A stretch of 64,000 nucleotides of DNA from an uncultured Clostridia bacterium (GTDB taxonomy: Bacteria; Acidobacteriota; Aminicenantia; UBA2199), in assembly GCA_964562095.1 (NCBI GenBank), contig CAZLSH010000002.1, forward strand, positions 9,597 to 73,596. The letters are read 5' to 3'. Under the pieces are notes generated by a model. That model was not told the origin of the DNA. It made no database searches and was given only the letters and a program-made list of their open reading frames with translations. Shown here one piece after another: positions 54,782 through 63,005 of the stretch (the stretch's first letter is position 1; every line of letters starts with the position of its first letter). Position numbers and translations under genes: made by a program.

Positions 54782-55458
54782 GATCGCCCGGGCTCTTCCT
54801 GATCGCCGGCGATCCCGGCCGCCGCAACGCCCGGCGCGACCCGCTGCTGGAGGAGGTCCTGGCGCGCCTCGGCCTGGCGCGGCCCTGCGTGGCTTACATA
54901 GGGGCCGCCAGCCGCGACAACCGCCTCTTTTTCCTGTGGATCTCCGCCCTGCTGAAGAAGGCGGGGGCGGGTACTGTGCGCCTGGCGTCCCTGGCCGGGC
55001 GGCGGGCCGTCCCGGCGCAGGCCCGGGCGGTCGCGGAGGGCGCCGACGTCGTTTTCATCAGCGGCGGCGACGTCGGCCTCGGCATGGGCCTCCTGCAATC
55101 GACGGGCCTCGACGGTCCTCTGCGCGGCCTCCATCGCGCCGGCATGCCGTTCATCGGCCTGTCCGCCGGCAGCATCATGCTGGCCCGCAGCTGGGTGCGC
55201 TGGGCCGACCCGGACGACGACGACAGCGCCGCCTCCTTCCCCTGCCTGGGGCTGGCGCCGCTGCTCTGTGACACCCATGGCGAGGGCGAGGATTGGCAGG
55301 AACTGCGGAAGCTTTTGCGCCTGACCGGCGAGCCGATCGGTTTTGGCATCCCCGCCGGCGCCGCCCTGACCGTCGGCAGCGGCGGTTTCCTGGCAGCGAT
55401 GGGCAAGCCCGTGCAGCAGCTTACCGCGACGGGGAACTTGGACGATCTGAAGCTCTGA
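54778..55458 (+). CDS. Peptidase S51 (peptidase E/cyanophycinase-like) family protein
   Basis: VVFISGGDV and the catalytic-Ser motif GLSAGSIM. A GTG start overlaps the upstream stop (GTGA). Confidence 0.55.
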   Translation: MRSPGLFLIAGDPGRRNARRDPLLEEVLARLGLARPCVAYIGAASRDNRLFFLWISALLKKAGAGTVRLASLAGRRAVPAQARAVAEGADVVFISGGDVGLGMGLLQSTGLDGPLRGLHRAGMPFIGLSAGSIMLARSWVRWADPDDDDSAASFPCLGLAPLLCDTHGEGEDWQELRKLLRLTGEPIGFGIPAGAALTVGSGGFLAAMGKPVQQLTATGNLDDLKL

Positions 55459-55560
55459 ACCGATTGTTCGTGATTCGTAATTCGTGATGCGCAAAGGCAA
55501 CAGCCGAGCCATCGCGGTTTTCTTCCGAATGACGAATTCGCCTTGCGAATTACGACGCAC
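55455..55560. repeat. Short imperfect inverted/tandem repeats (TTCGTGATTCGTAATTCGTGATGCG ... GCGAATTACGACGCAC)
   Basis: The intergenic stretch after the S51 gene contains CGTGAT/CGTAAT units and a partial reverse-complement partner. Confidence 0.3.
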
Positions 55561-55632
55561 TGTCATCTCCTGCAACCATTTCCCGGTCGCGCGCATCTTA
55601 ATCGGTGTACAGCGAACCACGAGGAGGTCAAC

Positions 55633-56655
55633 ATGGATAAATTCAACAAACTGAGCGGCGGCGTCAAGGCTTTCCTGACCGTGGCCCTGGTCCTGGCCCT
55701 GACCGGGGCGCTGGTGCTGCTGGGGGCCGAGAAGCCGGCCGCGGAAAAGGGGTCGCGCGGTTATCTGGGCGTCTCGGTGCAGAGCCTGGATGAGGACGCG
55801 CTAGAGAAGCTGGGAGTGAAGCACGGCGTGCTAGTGGCGGATGTGGAAAAGGAAAGCGCCGCCGCCAAGTCGGGGATCGTCAAGGGTGATGTCATCCAGT
55901 CGGTCAACGGCGAAAAGATCCGCGATCCGCAGGCACTGGTTGAGGTCATCCGCGAGCTGGCTCCAGGGAGCAAGGCCAGGATCGGCATCTGGCGGGGAGG
56001 CAAGGCGTTGGACGTGAAGGCGGTCTTGGGCAAAACCCAGCGCCCCGAGCGTATGAAGTGGAAACCCGGCCCCATGACCAAGGTCCTTCGTTCGGGCGCC
56101 TACCTGGGAATCCAGCTGCTGGAATTGGACAAAGACCTGGCCGCATACTTCAGCGTCAAGGCCGGCGAGGGGGTCCTGGTCACGCAGGTTGAAAAAGAGA
56201 CGCCCGCGGCCAAGGCGGGTTTCAAATCCGGCGATGTGATCGTGCAGATGGCCGATCAGGCCGTCGGCAAGAGCGGGGACATCCATGAAGCCCTGGCCGC
56301 CCTGAAAAAGGGCGACAGCATCAGCGTCACCGTCATCCGCCAGGGCAAGCGGGAAACCCTGAAGGCCGAGCCCGACTTCAGCCGCCGCCAGCGCATCATG
56401 CGTTTCTTCGGCGGCGACAAGGACATGGAGATCCGCCACCTCGAGTTGCCCGAACTGGATTTCACCCTGCAGGAGTTCGACGTGCGGATTCCCGAACCCC
56501 CCGAGCCTCCCGACATGGAGGAAATCGAGGTCCACATCCAAAAGAAGCTGGAACATGCCCACGAACAACTGGAACAGGCTCACGAAAAACTGGACGGGGC
56601 CAAGATCAAGATCGAAAAGCGGCTGAAAAGGACCGGCGGGAATTATTGGATCTGA
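55633..56655 (+). CDS. Membrane-anchored protein with two PDZ domains and a C-terminal coiled-coil
   Basis: An N-terminal TM/signal anchor, two GYLGV/GVLV...GDVI PDZ-type segments and a GAGGAGG RBS at the chosen start. Confidence 0.6.
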   Translation: MDKFNKLSGGVKAFLTVALVLALTGALVLLGAEKPAAEKGSRGYLGVSVQSLDEDALEKLGVKHGVLVADVEKESAAAKSGIVKGDVIQSVNGEKIRDPQALVEVIRELAPGSKARIGIWRGGKALDVKAVLGKTQRPERMKWKPGPMTKVLRSGAYLGIQLLELDKDLAAYFSVKAGEGVLVTQVEKETPAAKAGFKSGDVIVQMADQAVGKSGDIHEALAALKKGDSISVTVIRQGKRETLKAEPDFSRRQRIMRFFGGDKDMEIRHLELPELDFTLQEFDVRIPEPPEPPDMEEIEVHIQKKLEHAHEQLEQAHEKLDGAKIKIEKRLKRTGGNYWI

Positions 56656-56723
56656 TTCATCTCCTTCCTCCTTATCCCGGGGGACGGACCCGAGGTCCGT
56701 CCCCTCTTTTATTGCGGCGGGGC

Positions 56724-57326
56724 TTACTTGCGCTTGGAGAACAGGCGCAGGGGGGAGTCGGAGTCGGGCCGCGGCCGGAGCCGCGCCGGGTAGATCTTCT
56801 CGCTGGCGCCGGCCACTTCCTCGACCGAGTAGAAGGCGCCGGGAAGCGCGGCGCCCACCAGCTCCTGGACCTGCTGCAGGTGCTGGCGGCGGATCACGGT
56901 GAAGACGAGCTCAACCGGCCCCTCGGCGCCGCGGGCCGGAACGTGGGTGAAGCCGAAGCCCATCTCGCGCAGGCGGCGGCGGAACTCGGCGCTGTCGCCG
57001 GGGGTGATGACGCGCACCAGCACCGTGCCCAGCGAGAGCCGCCGCTCGAGCCATTGGCCGATGGCGGTGCCGGCGGCGAAGCCGGCGCCATAGGCGGCAT
57101 AGGCCACCGGGTTCGAGACCCGCTTCATGATCTGGCTGATGGCCACCAGCCAGATGATCACCTCGAAAAAGCCCACCAGCGGCGCCAACCAGCGGATGCC
57201 GCGCGAGATGGCCACGATGCGGATGGTCTGCAGGCTGACGTCGATGATGCGCGCCAGGAAGATCAGCAGCGGCAGGACGAACCAGATGAACAGCGGCGAA
57301 AGCGTGAACGATGATTCCATGTTCAA
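56724..57326 (-). CDS. DUF2179/YitT-like small membrane protein
   Basis: Three to four TM helices followed by a conserved soluble C-terminal domain pattern. Confidence 0.4.
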   Translation of the reverse strand: MNMESSFTLSPLFIWFVLPLLIFLARIIDVSLQTIRIVAISRGIRWLAPLVGFFEVIIWLVAISQIMKRVSNPVAYAAYGAGFAAGTAIGQWLERRLSLGTVLVRVITPGDSAEFRRRLREMGFGFTHVPARGAEGPVELVFTVIRRQHLQQVQELVGAALPGAFYSVEEVAGASEKIYPARLRPRPDSDSPLRLFSKRK

Positions 57327-57424
57327 TTATATCATAGATCGCATGAAGGCCGATGCCTTTTTCGTCCTTCGACTTTGTGAACAGGGAACCGTCCATTGCA
57401 TTCCGCTGCGGCCTGTGCTAGGCT

Positions 57425-57613
57425 TTGGCCATGGAACCCAGTGAACTGGTCAAGCCGTTGGGGATCGTCACCTTCGCCTGCGTCCTGCTCACCTTCCTGG
57501 TCGGCCTCTTCCGCGCCCGTTTCAAACTGAAGCTCAAGCACCACAAGGCCCTGGCCTGGCTGGCCTTGGCCGCCGCCGTCGTGCACGGACTGCTGGCGAT
57601 CCTGTATTTCTGA
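57425..57613 (+). CDS. Small two-TM membrane protein (hypothetical)
   Basis: 62 aa with two hydrophobic segments separated by a basic loop. Confidence 0.3.
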   Translation: MAMEPSELVKPLGIVTFACVLLTFLVGLFRARFKLKLKHHKALAWLALAAAVVHGLLAILYF

Positions 57614-57636
57614 CCCTTCCACGGCAAGGAGGCCTG

Positions 57637-57978
57637 ATGAAGAAAGCGCTCTTTTTCCTGCTGTTTTTTTCCGTTGCGTCCCTCGTCGCCCATGCGCCGA
57701 AGGACATGGAACTGAATTACGATGCGGAAACCGCGGCGCTGACCGTCACGGTCCATCACAAGGTGAGCGATGCCGACCGCCATTATATCCGCAGGATCGA
57801 AGTGTTCGCCGGCAAGGAACTGCTGGCCGAGAAGACCTACGAGCGCCAGGAGACCGCCGCCGCCCAGGAAGAGATGTTCCTCTTCATCGACAAACCGCTG
57901 GCCAGGGGAACGGCGGTGACGGTCACGGCCTACTGCAGCCTTTCAGGGAAGAGGAGCGCCAGGCTGGAATGGAAGTGA
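57637..57978 (+). CDS. Secreted hypothetical protein
   Basis: A signal peptide (MKKALFFLLFFSVASLVAHA); 113 aa. Confidence 0.4.
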   Translation: MKKALFFLLFFSVASLVAHAPKDMELNYDAETAALTVTVHHKVSDADRHYIRRIEVFAGKELLAEKTYERQETAAAQEEMFLFIDKPLARGTAVTVTAYCSLSGKRSARLEWK

Positions 57979-57993
57979 GGGGCGGGCGGGAGG

Positions 57994-58278
57994 TCAGCCG
58001 ATGATCGTCGCCTCCTGCTCGCGGACCAGGATATGGACCGTCATGGTGCGGTGGCGCATGTCGATCATGACCACCTGCAGCTCCAGGTTCTCGTTCTTTT
58101 CCATGGACATGAGCCGGGTGGCGATCTCCAGCAGCTGGCCGGCGTTCATCTGCTCGTAATCCAGCTCGGCGCGGATCTTGGCGAAGCTGCCGCTGTCGAA
58201 CTGGTCGATGCGCAGGACGCTGAAGCCATAGTGCGCGAACATGTCGTATATGACCTGCGGCTCATAGGTGTTCTTCAT
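57994..58278 (-). CDS. Hypothetical protein (94 aa)
   Basis: The protein-like part of the listed 196-aa ORF begins at MKNTYEPQVIY. Confidence 0.3.
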   Translation of the reverse strand: MKNTYEPQVIYDMFAHYGFSVLRIDQFDSGSFAKIRAELDYEQMNAGQLLEIATRLMSMEKNENLELQVVMIDMRHRTMTVHILVREQEATIIG

Positions 58279-58405
58279 CTCTTTCCCGTTGCCCCATTGT
58301 CCGCTCAACGGGGTGGCAAAGTCAACCCGTTGCCGCCCAGTTTCCGGCGCGGGACCTGAAACGCGGTTGCCTTTCGGCTCCCGGCGTGCTATATTCCCCC
58401 TGAAC

Positions 58406-58651
58406 ATGGAAGAGAAGATCCGCACCATCCTGGCCGGCATTCTGGAAGTCGATCCCGCGCGCATCGACGGCGGCTTCGGTCCCGACACCTGCCGGGATTG
58501 GGATTCGCTGAACAACCTGCGCCTCATCACCGCCCTGGAAAAAGAGTTCGCCATCGCGTTTTCCTGGCCTGAGATCAGCGCCATGACCGATTTCGCCCAT
58601 ATCTGCGAAGTGATCCAGCGGCGTCAGGGCGCCAGCGGGGCGGCGCGATGA
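58406..58651 (+). CDS. Acyl carrier protein-like (phosphopantetheine attachment DSL motif)
   Basis: DWDSLNNLRLITALEKEF carries the ACP Ser motif. An upstream TGCTATATT looks -10-like. Confidence 0.55.
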   Translation: MEEKIRTILAGILEVDPARIDGGFGPDTCRDWDSLNNLRLITALEKEFAIAFSWPEISAMTDFAHICEVIQRRQGASGAAR

Positions 58652-59175
58652 ACCTGGGGCGGCTGGCGCGGCGCTTCCTGGTGCCGCACTGCTTCGTGTC
58701 GCTGTATTATTTCGGCAAATACGGCTGCAAGGTGAGCCTGCGCGCCGAGGTGGAGCTGAGCCCGCTGCTGATCATCGGCCGGCGCACGGAGATCAGTTCC
58801 TTCACCAAGATCAAGGCCAGCCACGGCCCCTTGCGCATCGGGGCGAACTGCTTCATCGGCGCCGGCTGCTTCATCGCCGCGCATCAGGGCGGCGTGGTCA
58901 TCGGCGACGACTGCCTGATCAGTCCCCATGTCACAATCCTGTCGAACAATTACAACTACCAGCGCCTTGATATTCCCATCTGGAAGCAGGGGAGTTCCTC
59001 GAAAGGGGTGCGCATCGGCAACGATGTCTGGATCGGCAGCGGGGCCTGCGTCCTGGACGGGGCGCGGATCGGCAGCGGGGTCATCGTCGCTCCGAATTCG
59101 GTGGTCTCGGGAACCATTCCCGACCAGGCCGTCGTCCAGGGCAACCCGGCCCGGGTCATTTTCACCCGCCGCTGA
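58648..59175 (+). CDS. Hexapeptide-repeat (LbH) acyl/acetyltransferase
   Basis: Tandem [LIV]-G-x-x-x-x hexapeptides (IGANCFIGAGCFI, IGNDVWIGSGACV, IGSGVIVAPNSVV). It overlaps the ACP stop. Confidence 0.75.
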   Translation: MNLGRLARRFLVPHCFVSLYYFGKYGCKVSLRAEVELSPLLIIGRRTEISSFTKIKASHGPLRIGANCFIGAGCFIAAHQGGVVIGDDCLISPHVTILSNNYNYQRLDIPIWKQGSSSKGVRIGNDVWIGSGACVLDGARIGSGVIVAPNSVVSGTIPDQAVVQGNPARVIFTRR

Positions 59176-59773
59176 CGCCGCCAGTTTCCGCCCGGGTCCG
59201 CCGGCTCTTTTCCGCCCGCGCGCGCAGCCACGCCGCCGCCAGGAAGAAGCTTCCCAGGATCAGCACTTCGCGCAGCGCCGCCGCCAGGTTGTGGCCGTTG
59301 AACAGGCTGGGCAAGAAATCGCCGGCTGCGGGCGAGCGGGTGATGTTGATGAACAGCGGATGGGCGGAGATGAAATAGCGTCCGGACAGAGGCCATAAAA
59401 GGGGGAGTCCGAAAGGCGCGACGAAGTCCATGGCCAACAAGTCGAGCGGCAGGTGCGAGGAGAACAGCAGGAATATCATGGCTGCCGGAGCCCAAAAGCG
59501 ACCGGGTGCCCGGGCAGCGAGGCGGCGTTTTTTCAGGCAGCAGAATCCGGCGCCGATGGCGGCGACGCCCAGCGCCGCGCCCAGGCTGTGAAAAGCGCCG
59601 TGATGGAACAGGTTGGGACGGCCGCTGAGAAGGCCGGGGATGAAGTCGGCATCGGGCAGGTTGGCCAGGAACATGAAAACGAAGGCGTCGAGCCAGCGCC
59701 GGGCGGAAAAAATGCCGGGACGCGCGCGCTGCAGGGCCATCCCGGCCAGCGCATGGCCGATCGGCAACGGCAT
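59162..59773 (-). CDS. DUF457 membrane-bound metal-dependent hydrolase-like protein
   Basis: The N-terminal PLPIGHALAG and the LANLPDADFIP motif are typical of the YdjM/DUF457 family. Confidence 0.5.
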   Translation of the reverse strand: MPLPIGHALAGMALQRARPGIFSARRWLDAFVFMFLANLPDADFIPGLLSGRPNLFHHGAFHSLGAALGVAAIGAGFCCLKKRRLAARAPGRFWAPAAMIFLLFSSHLPLDLLAMDFVAPFGLPLLWPLSGRYFISAHPLFINITRSPAAGDFLPSLFNGHNLAAALREVLILGSFFLAAAWLRARAEKSRRTRAETGGVSGG

Positions 59774-59776
59774 GAT

Positions 59777-61261
59777 CTACGGCCTGGCGTCCAGCAGAGC
59801 GCTCACCCGCGCGCATTCCTGCCGCCAGCGCGCATCGCTCCACTGGAACAGCGAACGCAGCCGGGGCAGCAGATCCATGGCGCGACGGGGATTCTCGCCC
59901 AGGCCGGTGCGGCGGAAGACCAGGTCGTCCAGGTGCACGACCGCCTCGGCTTCGACCAGGGGGCGGAGGTCGTTGGCGTCCCAGTCGCCGGCAGCCTGCC
60001 AGTCGTAGGCGAAGAACCCGCGCCGCGAGTTCGCCGCTTCCGGCGGCCGGCTCTGTTGCGCCTGGGCGCCGGGGAATATTCTTTTCAGGGTCTTCTCCGC
60101 CACCCGGCGCGAGGTGGTGTACTTGACGCCGGAAACGCTGAAGAGGCCCGCCGGGCCCTGATGTTCTCCATGGTCCAGGATCACCTCCCGGCCGGCCAGC
60201 TTGCCCGAAGCGCTGGCGGGCAGAATCCCGGCATACACCCGCTCGATGTCGCTTTCGCCCAGGGCCAGATCCGGCACCGCGTCGTTCATGTCGGCGATGA
60301 AGGCGGCGATGTCTTCGGGCCGCGGCAGCGGCTCCCGGTCGTCGTCGGCGAGCAGAACCTCGCCGGTGCCGGCCAGCAAGCGTCCCTGCCAGTTGTGGAC
60401 GAAATAGGTATGGCCGGGGCGGCTGGGCGGGACCAGCGCCAGGGCGTATTCACTCAAGGCCTTGGTCCTGAACAGGATGTTGAACAGCAGCAGGCGGCGG
60501 CGCAGCAGCCTGGGATGATCCTGGTCGAACTTCTGGGCCAGTTCCCGGCACCAGGGGCCGGCGGCGTTGATGACGACCGGTGCGCGGAACTCCAGGTTTT
60601 GCGAGCTTTCGCGGTCAACGGCCCCAACCCCGCGCACCCGGCCCTGGTGGAGGAGCAGTTGATCCGCCTCGATGTAGTTCAAGAAGGTGGCGCCGAGGTC
60701 GCCGGCCCAGCGCAGGATCTCCATCAGCAGGCGCTGATGCTCGGGCATGGCGGCGTCGTACCAGAGCGCCGCGCCCTTGAGGCCGCGGCGGTCGACCAGG
60801 GGGAACCGCTGCCGGGTGAAGTCCCTGCCGACGACCTTGCCCATCGGCAGGCGCCCGCCGGCGGCGAGCCCCTGGTTGCGGCCGATGCTCAGGACGTCGT
60901 TCAGCAGCAGGCCGGCGCGCAGGATGCCCGGGCGCATCAGCCCCCGGCCGTAGAGGGGCATCAGGCAGGGCAGGACATGCACCAGGGCGGGGAAATTGGC
61001 CATGAACCAGCGCCGCTCGGGGACCGATTCAAAGAAACGCGGCACGTCGAGGGACTGCAGATAGCGCAGCCCGCCGTGGACCGTGCGCAGGTGATTGCGG
61101 CTGGTGGCGCCGCCGAAATCGTCCTTTTCCAGCAGCAGCGCCCGCTGGCCGCGCTTCCCGGCTTCCAGGGCCAGCATGACCCCATAAATGCCGCCGCCGA
61201 TGATGATCAGGTCATGTTCCGTCGCCGCCGCCTTGGCGGGGTCGCGTTTGATGGTTGCCAT
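59777..61261 (-). CDS. FAD-dependent glycerol-3-phosphate dehydrogenase (GlpD/GlpA family)
   Basis: Dinucleotide motif DLIIIGGGIYGVMLA and GATSRNHLRTVHGGLRYL; 494 aa. Confidence 0.8.
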   Translation of the reverse strand: MATIKRDPAKAAATEHDLIIIGGGIYGVMLALEAGKRGQRALLLEKDDFGGATSRNHLRTVHGGLRYLQSLDVPRFFESVPERRWFMANFPALVHVLPCLMPLYGRGLMRPGILRAGLLLNDVLSIGRNQGLAAGGRLPMGKVVGRDFTRQRFPLVDRRGLKGAALWYDAAMPEHQRLLMEILRWAGDLGATFLNYIEADQLLLHQGRVRGVGAVDRESSQNLEFRAPVVINAAGPWCRELAQKFDQDHPRLLRRRLLLFNILFRTKALSEYALALVPPSRPGHTYFVHNWQGRLLAGTGEVLLADDDREPLPRPEDIAAFIADMNDAVPDLALGESDIERVYAGILPASASGKLAGREVILDHGEHQGPAGLFSVSGVKYTTSRRVAEKTLKRIFPGAQAQQSRPPEAANSRRGFFAYDWQAAGDWDANDLRPLVEAEAVVHLDDLVFRRTGLGENPRRAMDLLPRLRSLFQWSDARWRQECARVSALLDARP

Positions 61262-61300
61262 GTTCCTCTGCTTGCCTTCCCCTCTGCCGCCGGGGAGCGG

Positions 61301-62899
61301 TCAGTGGCTGCGTCTTGAGCGGGACGCGCTCGTGACCGCTGAGTCCGGGGTGAGAAATCCGCTCACGTTCCCGGAGCGGTCGACGGTCTGGATGCGAAAA
61401 TCGAGTACCGGCAGGAAGGGGAAAAGATTGAAAATGTAATAACTGGCGGTCGTGTTCATGGTATAGGGGAACGTCCCGGGTTGGAAGCCGAATTCGACGT
61501 GAAAATGGTCGAAGTCCGATTCCAGGCACGGGTCCCAGGTTGCGGTCCGGTTCAAGGTGTTCCTGGGGTCAAGGACCTTGACGTTCTGCGGCGGCCCGGG
61601 CGGGAACTTGACCAAGGCGCCGGCGAACAGCGCGGCGATCAGCGCGTGGCCCTCGCCATTGGGATGGTTGCCCTTGACCTGGACCTCCTGGCCGTCGATG
61701 ATGATCGTTCCCGGCGTCTCGAGCAGGTCCTTCCAGCCGTCGGGCGGGTGGGTGTCCATGAAGGCGCTGAGCGTGTCGATGCTGGACGTTCCTTTCTGGG
61801 CGGCGAGCTGGAGGATGCCGGTGCTGAGCGATCTGAGGTTGTTCCAGTAAAACTGGTATGCGGAAAAGGCGTCCTTGCGCGGGGTCAGGGTGGAGACGAT
61901 GACGCGCATGCCGCGCGCCAAGGCGGCGTCGATGATGTAGCTCAGACTTTCCAGGGAAGAGGCCAGGGAAAAACTGCTGCGCCAGACATCGTTGACCCCC
62001 AGCATCATGAGGAAGTACAGCGCGGGGTGGGCGTCGAGGTCTTCGTCGACGCGCAGGGCGGCTTCGTACGTCTCGTCGCCGGGGACTCCCAGGTTGACGT
62101 AATCCGCCGGACCGTAGTTCAGCGCCAGGCAGGTATCCCGCATCTGGGTCAGGTAACAGAGGTCGAGGCGCTGCACGCCCGCGATCTGGCCCCAGGTGAT
62201 GCTGTCCCCGAAACCGACATAGGTGTTGAAATATTCCTGTTGCCGCGCGTTGGCGGCCTTTCTCCCGGAGAAAGCGCGCTGTTCCTCGCCCAGCAGCGTG
62301 CTGAGCCGGCGGGCGGCGTCGAAGCGATAGCGGCTGCTGCCCCGCAGATGGACGGTCTCGAACTCCAGGCCGGCGGGAATCTCCCGCCAGGTGAAGCTCT
62401 TTTCGCTGTAGGGCGTAGCGGTCAGCCGGTCCAGCGCCCCGGAACCGATTTCATAATAAAACAGGTCGTCATTGCCGGAATTGTCCGCCAGGAAGAGCAG
62501 GGCGAAAGGCCTGCCCGCCCGCTCGACGACCGCGGGCACGCCGATGGCGGCAAAGCCCTTCAGGGGCAGCATCTGGCTGAGCCGGCGGCGGTGATCGTAA
62601 TAGGCCAGGCGGATGGAGCGGTCATGACAATTGAGCCAGAAGACGTAGAAATTTTCCTTGCCGAAGCGCACGCCCAGCAGGGGATTCTCGCCTTTCATCC
62701 CGGCGCTCAGCCGGGTGCTGGCCCTGCCTTGCAGCAGCAGGTCGGCGCCGGCGGCGGAAAAAACGGCCTCCAGGGCGAAGCGCTCGCCCTGGAAATCGAA
62801 ATTCTCCAGGAGCGCTGATCGATCCAGGGAGAACAGCCGCGGGGCCGCCGCGGCGGCGGCCAGCAGAATGACGACGGCGGTCTTGATGCTCGGTTTCAT
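61301..62899 (-). CDS. Secreted SGNH/GDSL-family hydrolase with an N-terminal extra domain
   Basis: A signal peptide, Block I GFGDSITWG and Block V GNHPNGEGH. Confidence 0.6.
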   Translation of the reverse strand: MKPSIKTAVVILLAAAAAAPRLFSLDRSALLENFDFQGERFALEAVFSAAGADLLLQGRASTRLSAGMKGENPLLGVRFGKENFYVFWLNCHDRSIRLAYYDHRRRLSQMLPLKGFAAIGVPAVVERAGRPFALLFLADNSGNDDLFYYEIGSGALDRLTATPYSEKSFTWREIPAGLEFETVHLRGSSRYRFDAARRLSTLLGEEQRAFSGRKAANARQQEYFNTYVGFGDSITWGQIAGVQRLDLCYLTQMRDTCLALNYGPADYVNLGVPGDETYEAALRVDEDLDAHPALYFLMMLGVNDVWRSSFSLASSLESLSYIIDAALARGMRVIVSTLTPRKDAFSAYQFYWNNLRSLSTGILQLAAQKGTSSIDTLSAFMDTHPPDGWKDLLETPGTIIIDGQEVQVKGNHPNGEGHALIAALFAGALVKFPPGPPQNVKVLDPRNTLNRTATWDPCLESDFDHFHVEFGFQPGTFPYTMNTTASYYIFNLFPFLPVLDFRIQTVDRSGNVSGFLTPDSAVTSASRSRRSH

Positions 62900-63005
62900 G
62901 ATGCTATATTTTATTTGAATCGCCCGGGCTTGTCAATTTCGCCGGCCGGCGGCAGCCTTCTTGGCCGCGCGGTCTGCAGCGGTCCCGCCGGTCGCAATCG
63001 GCCGC

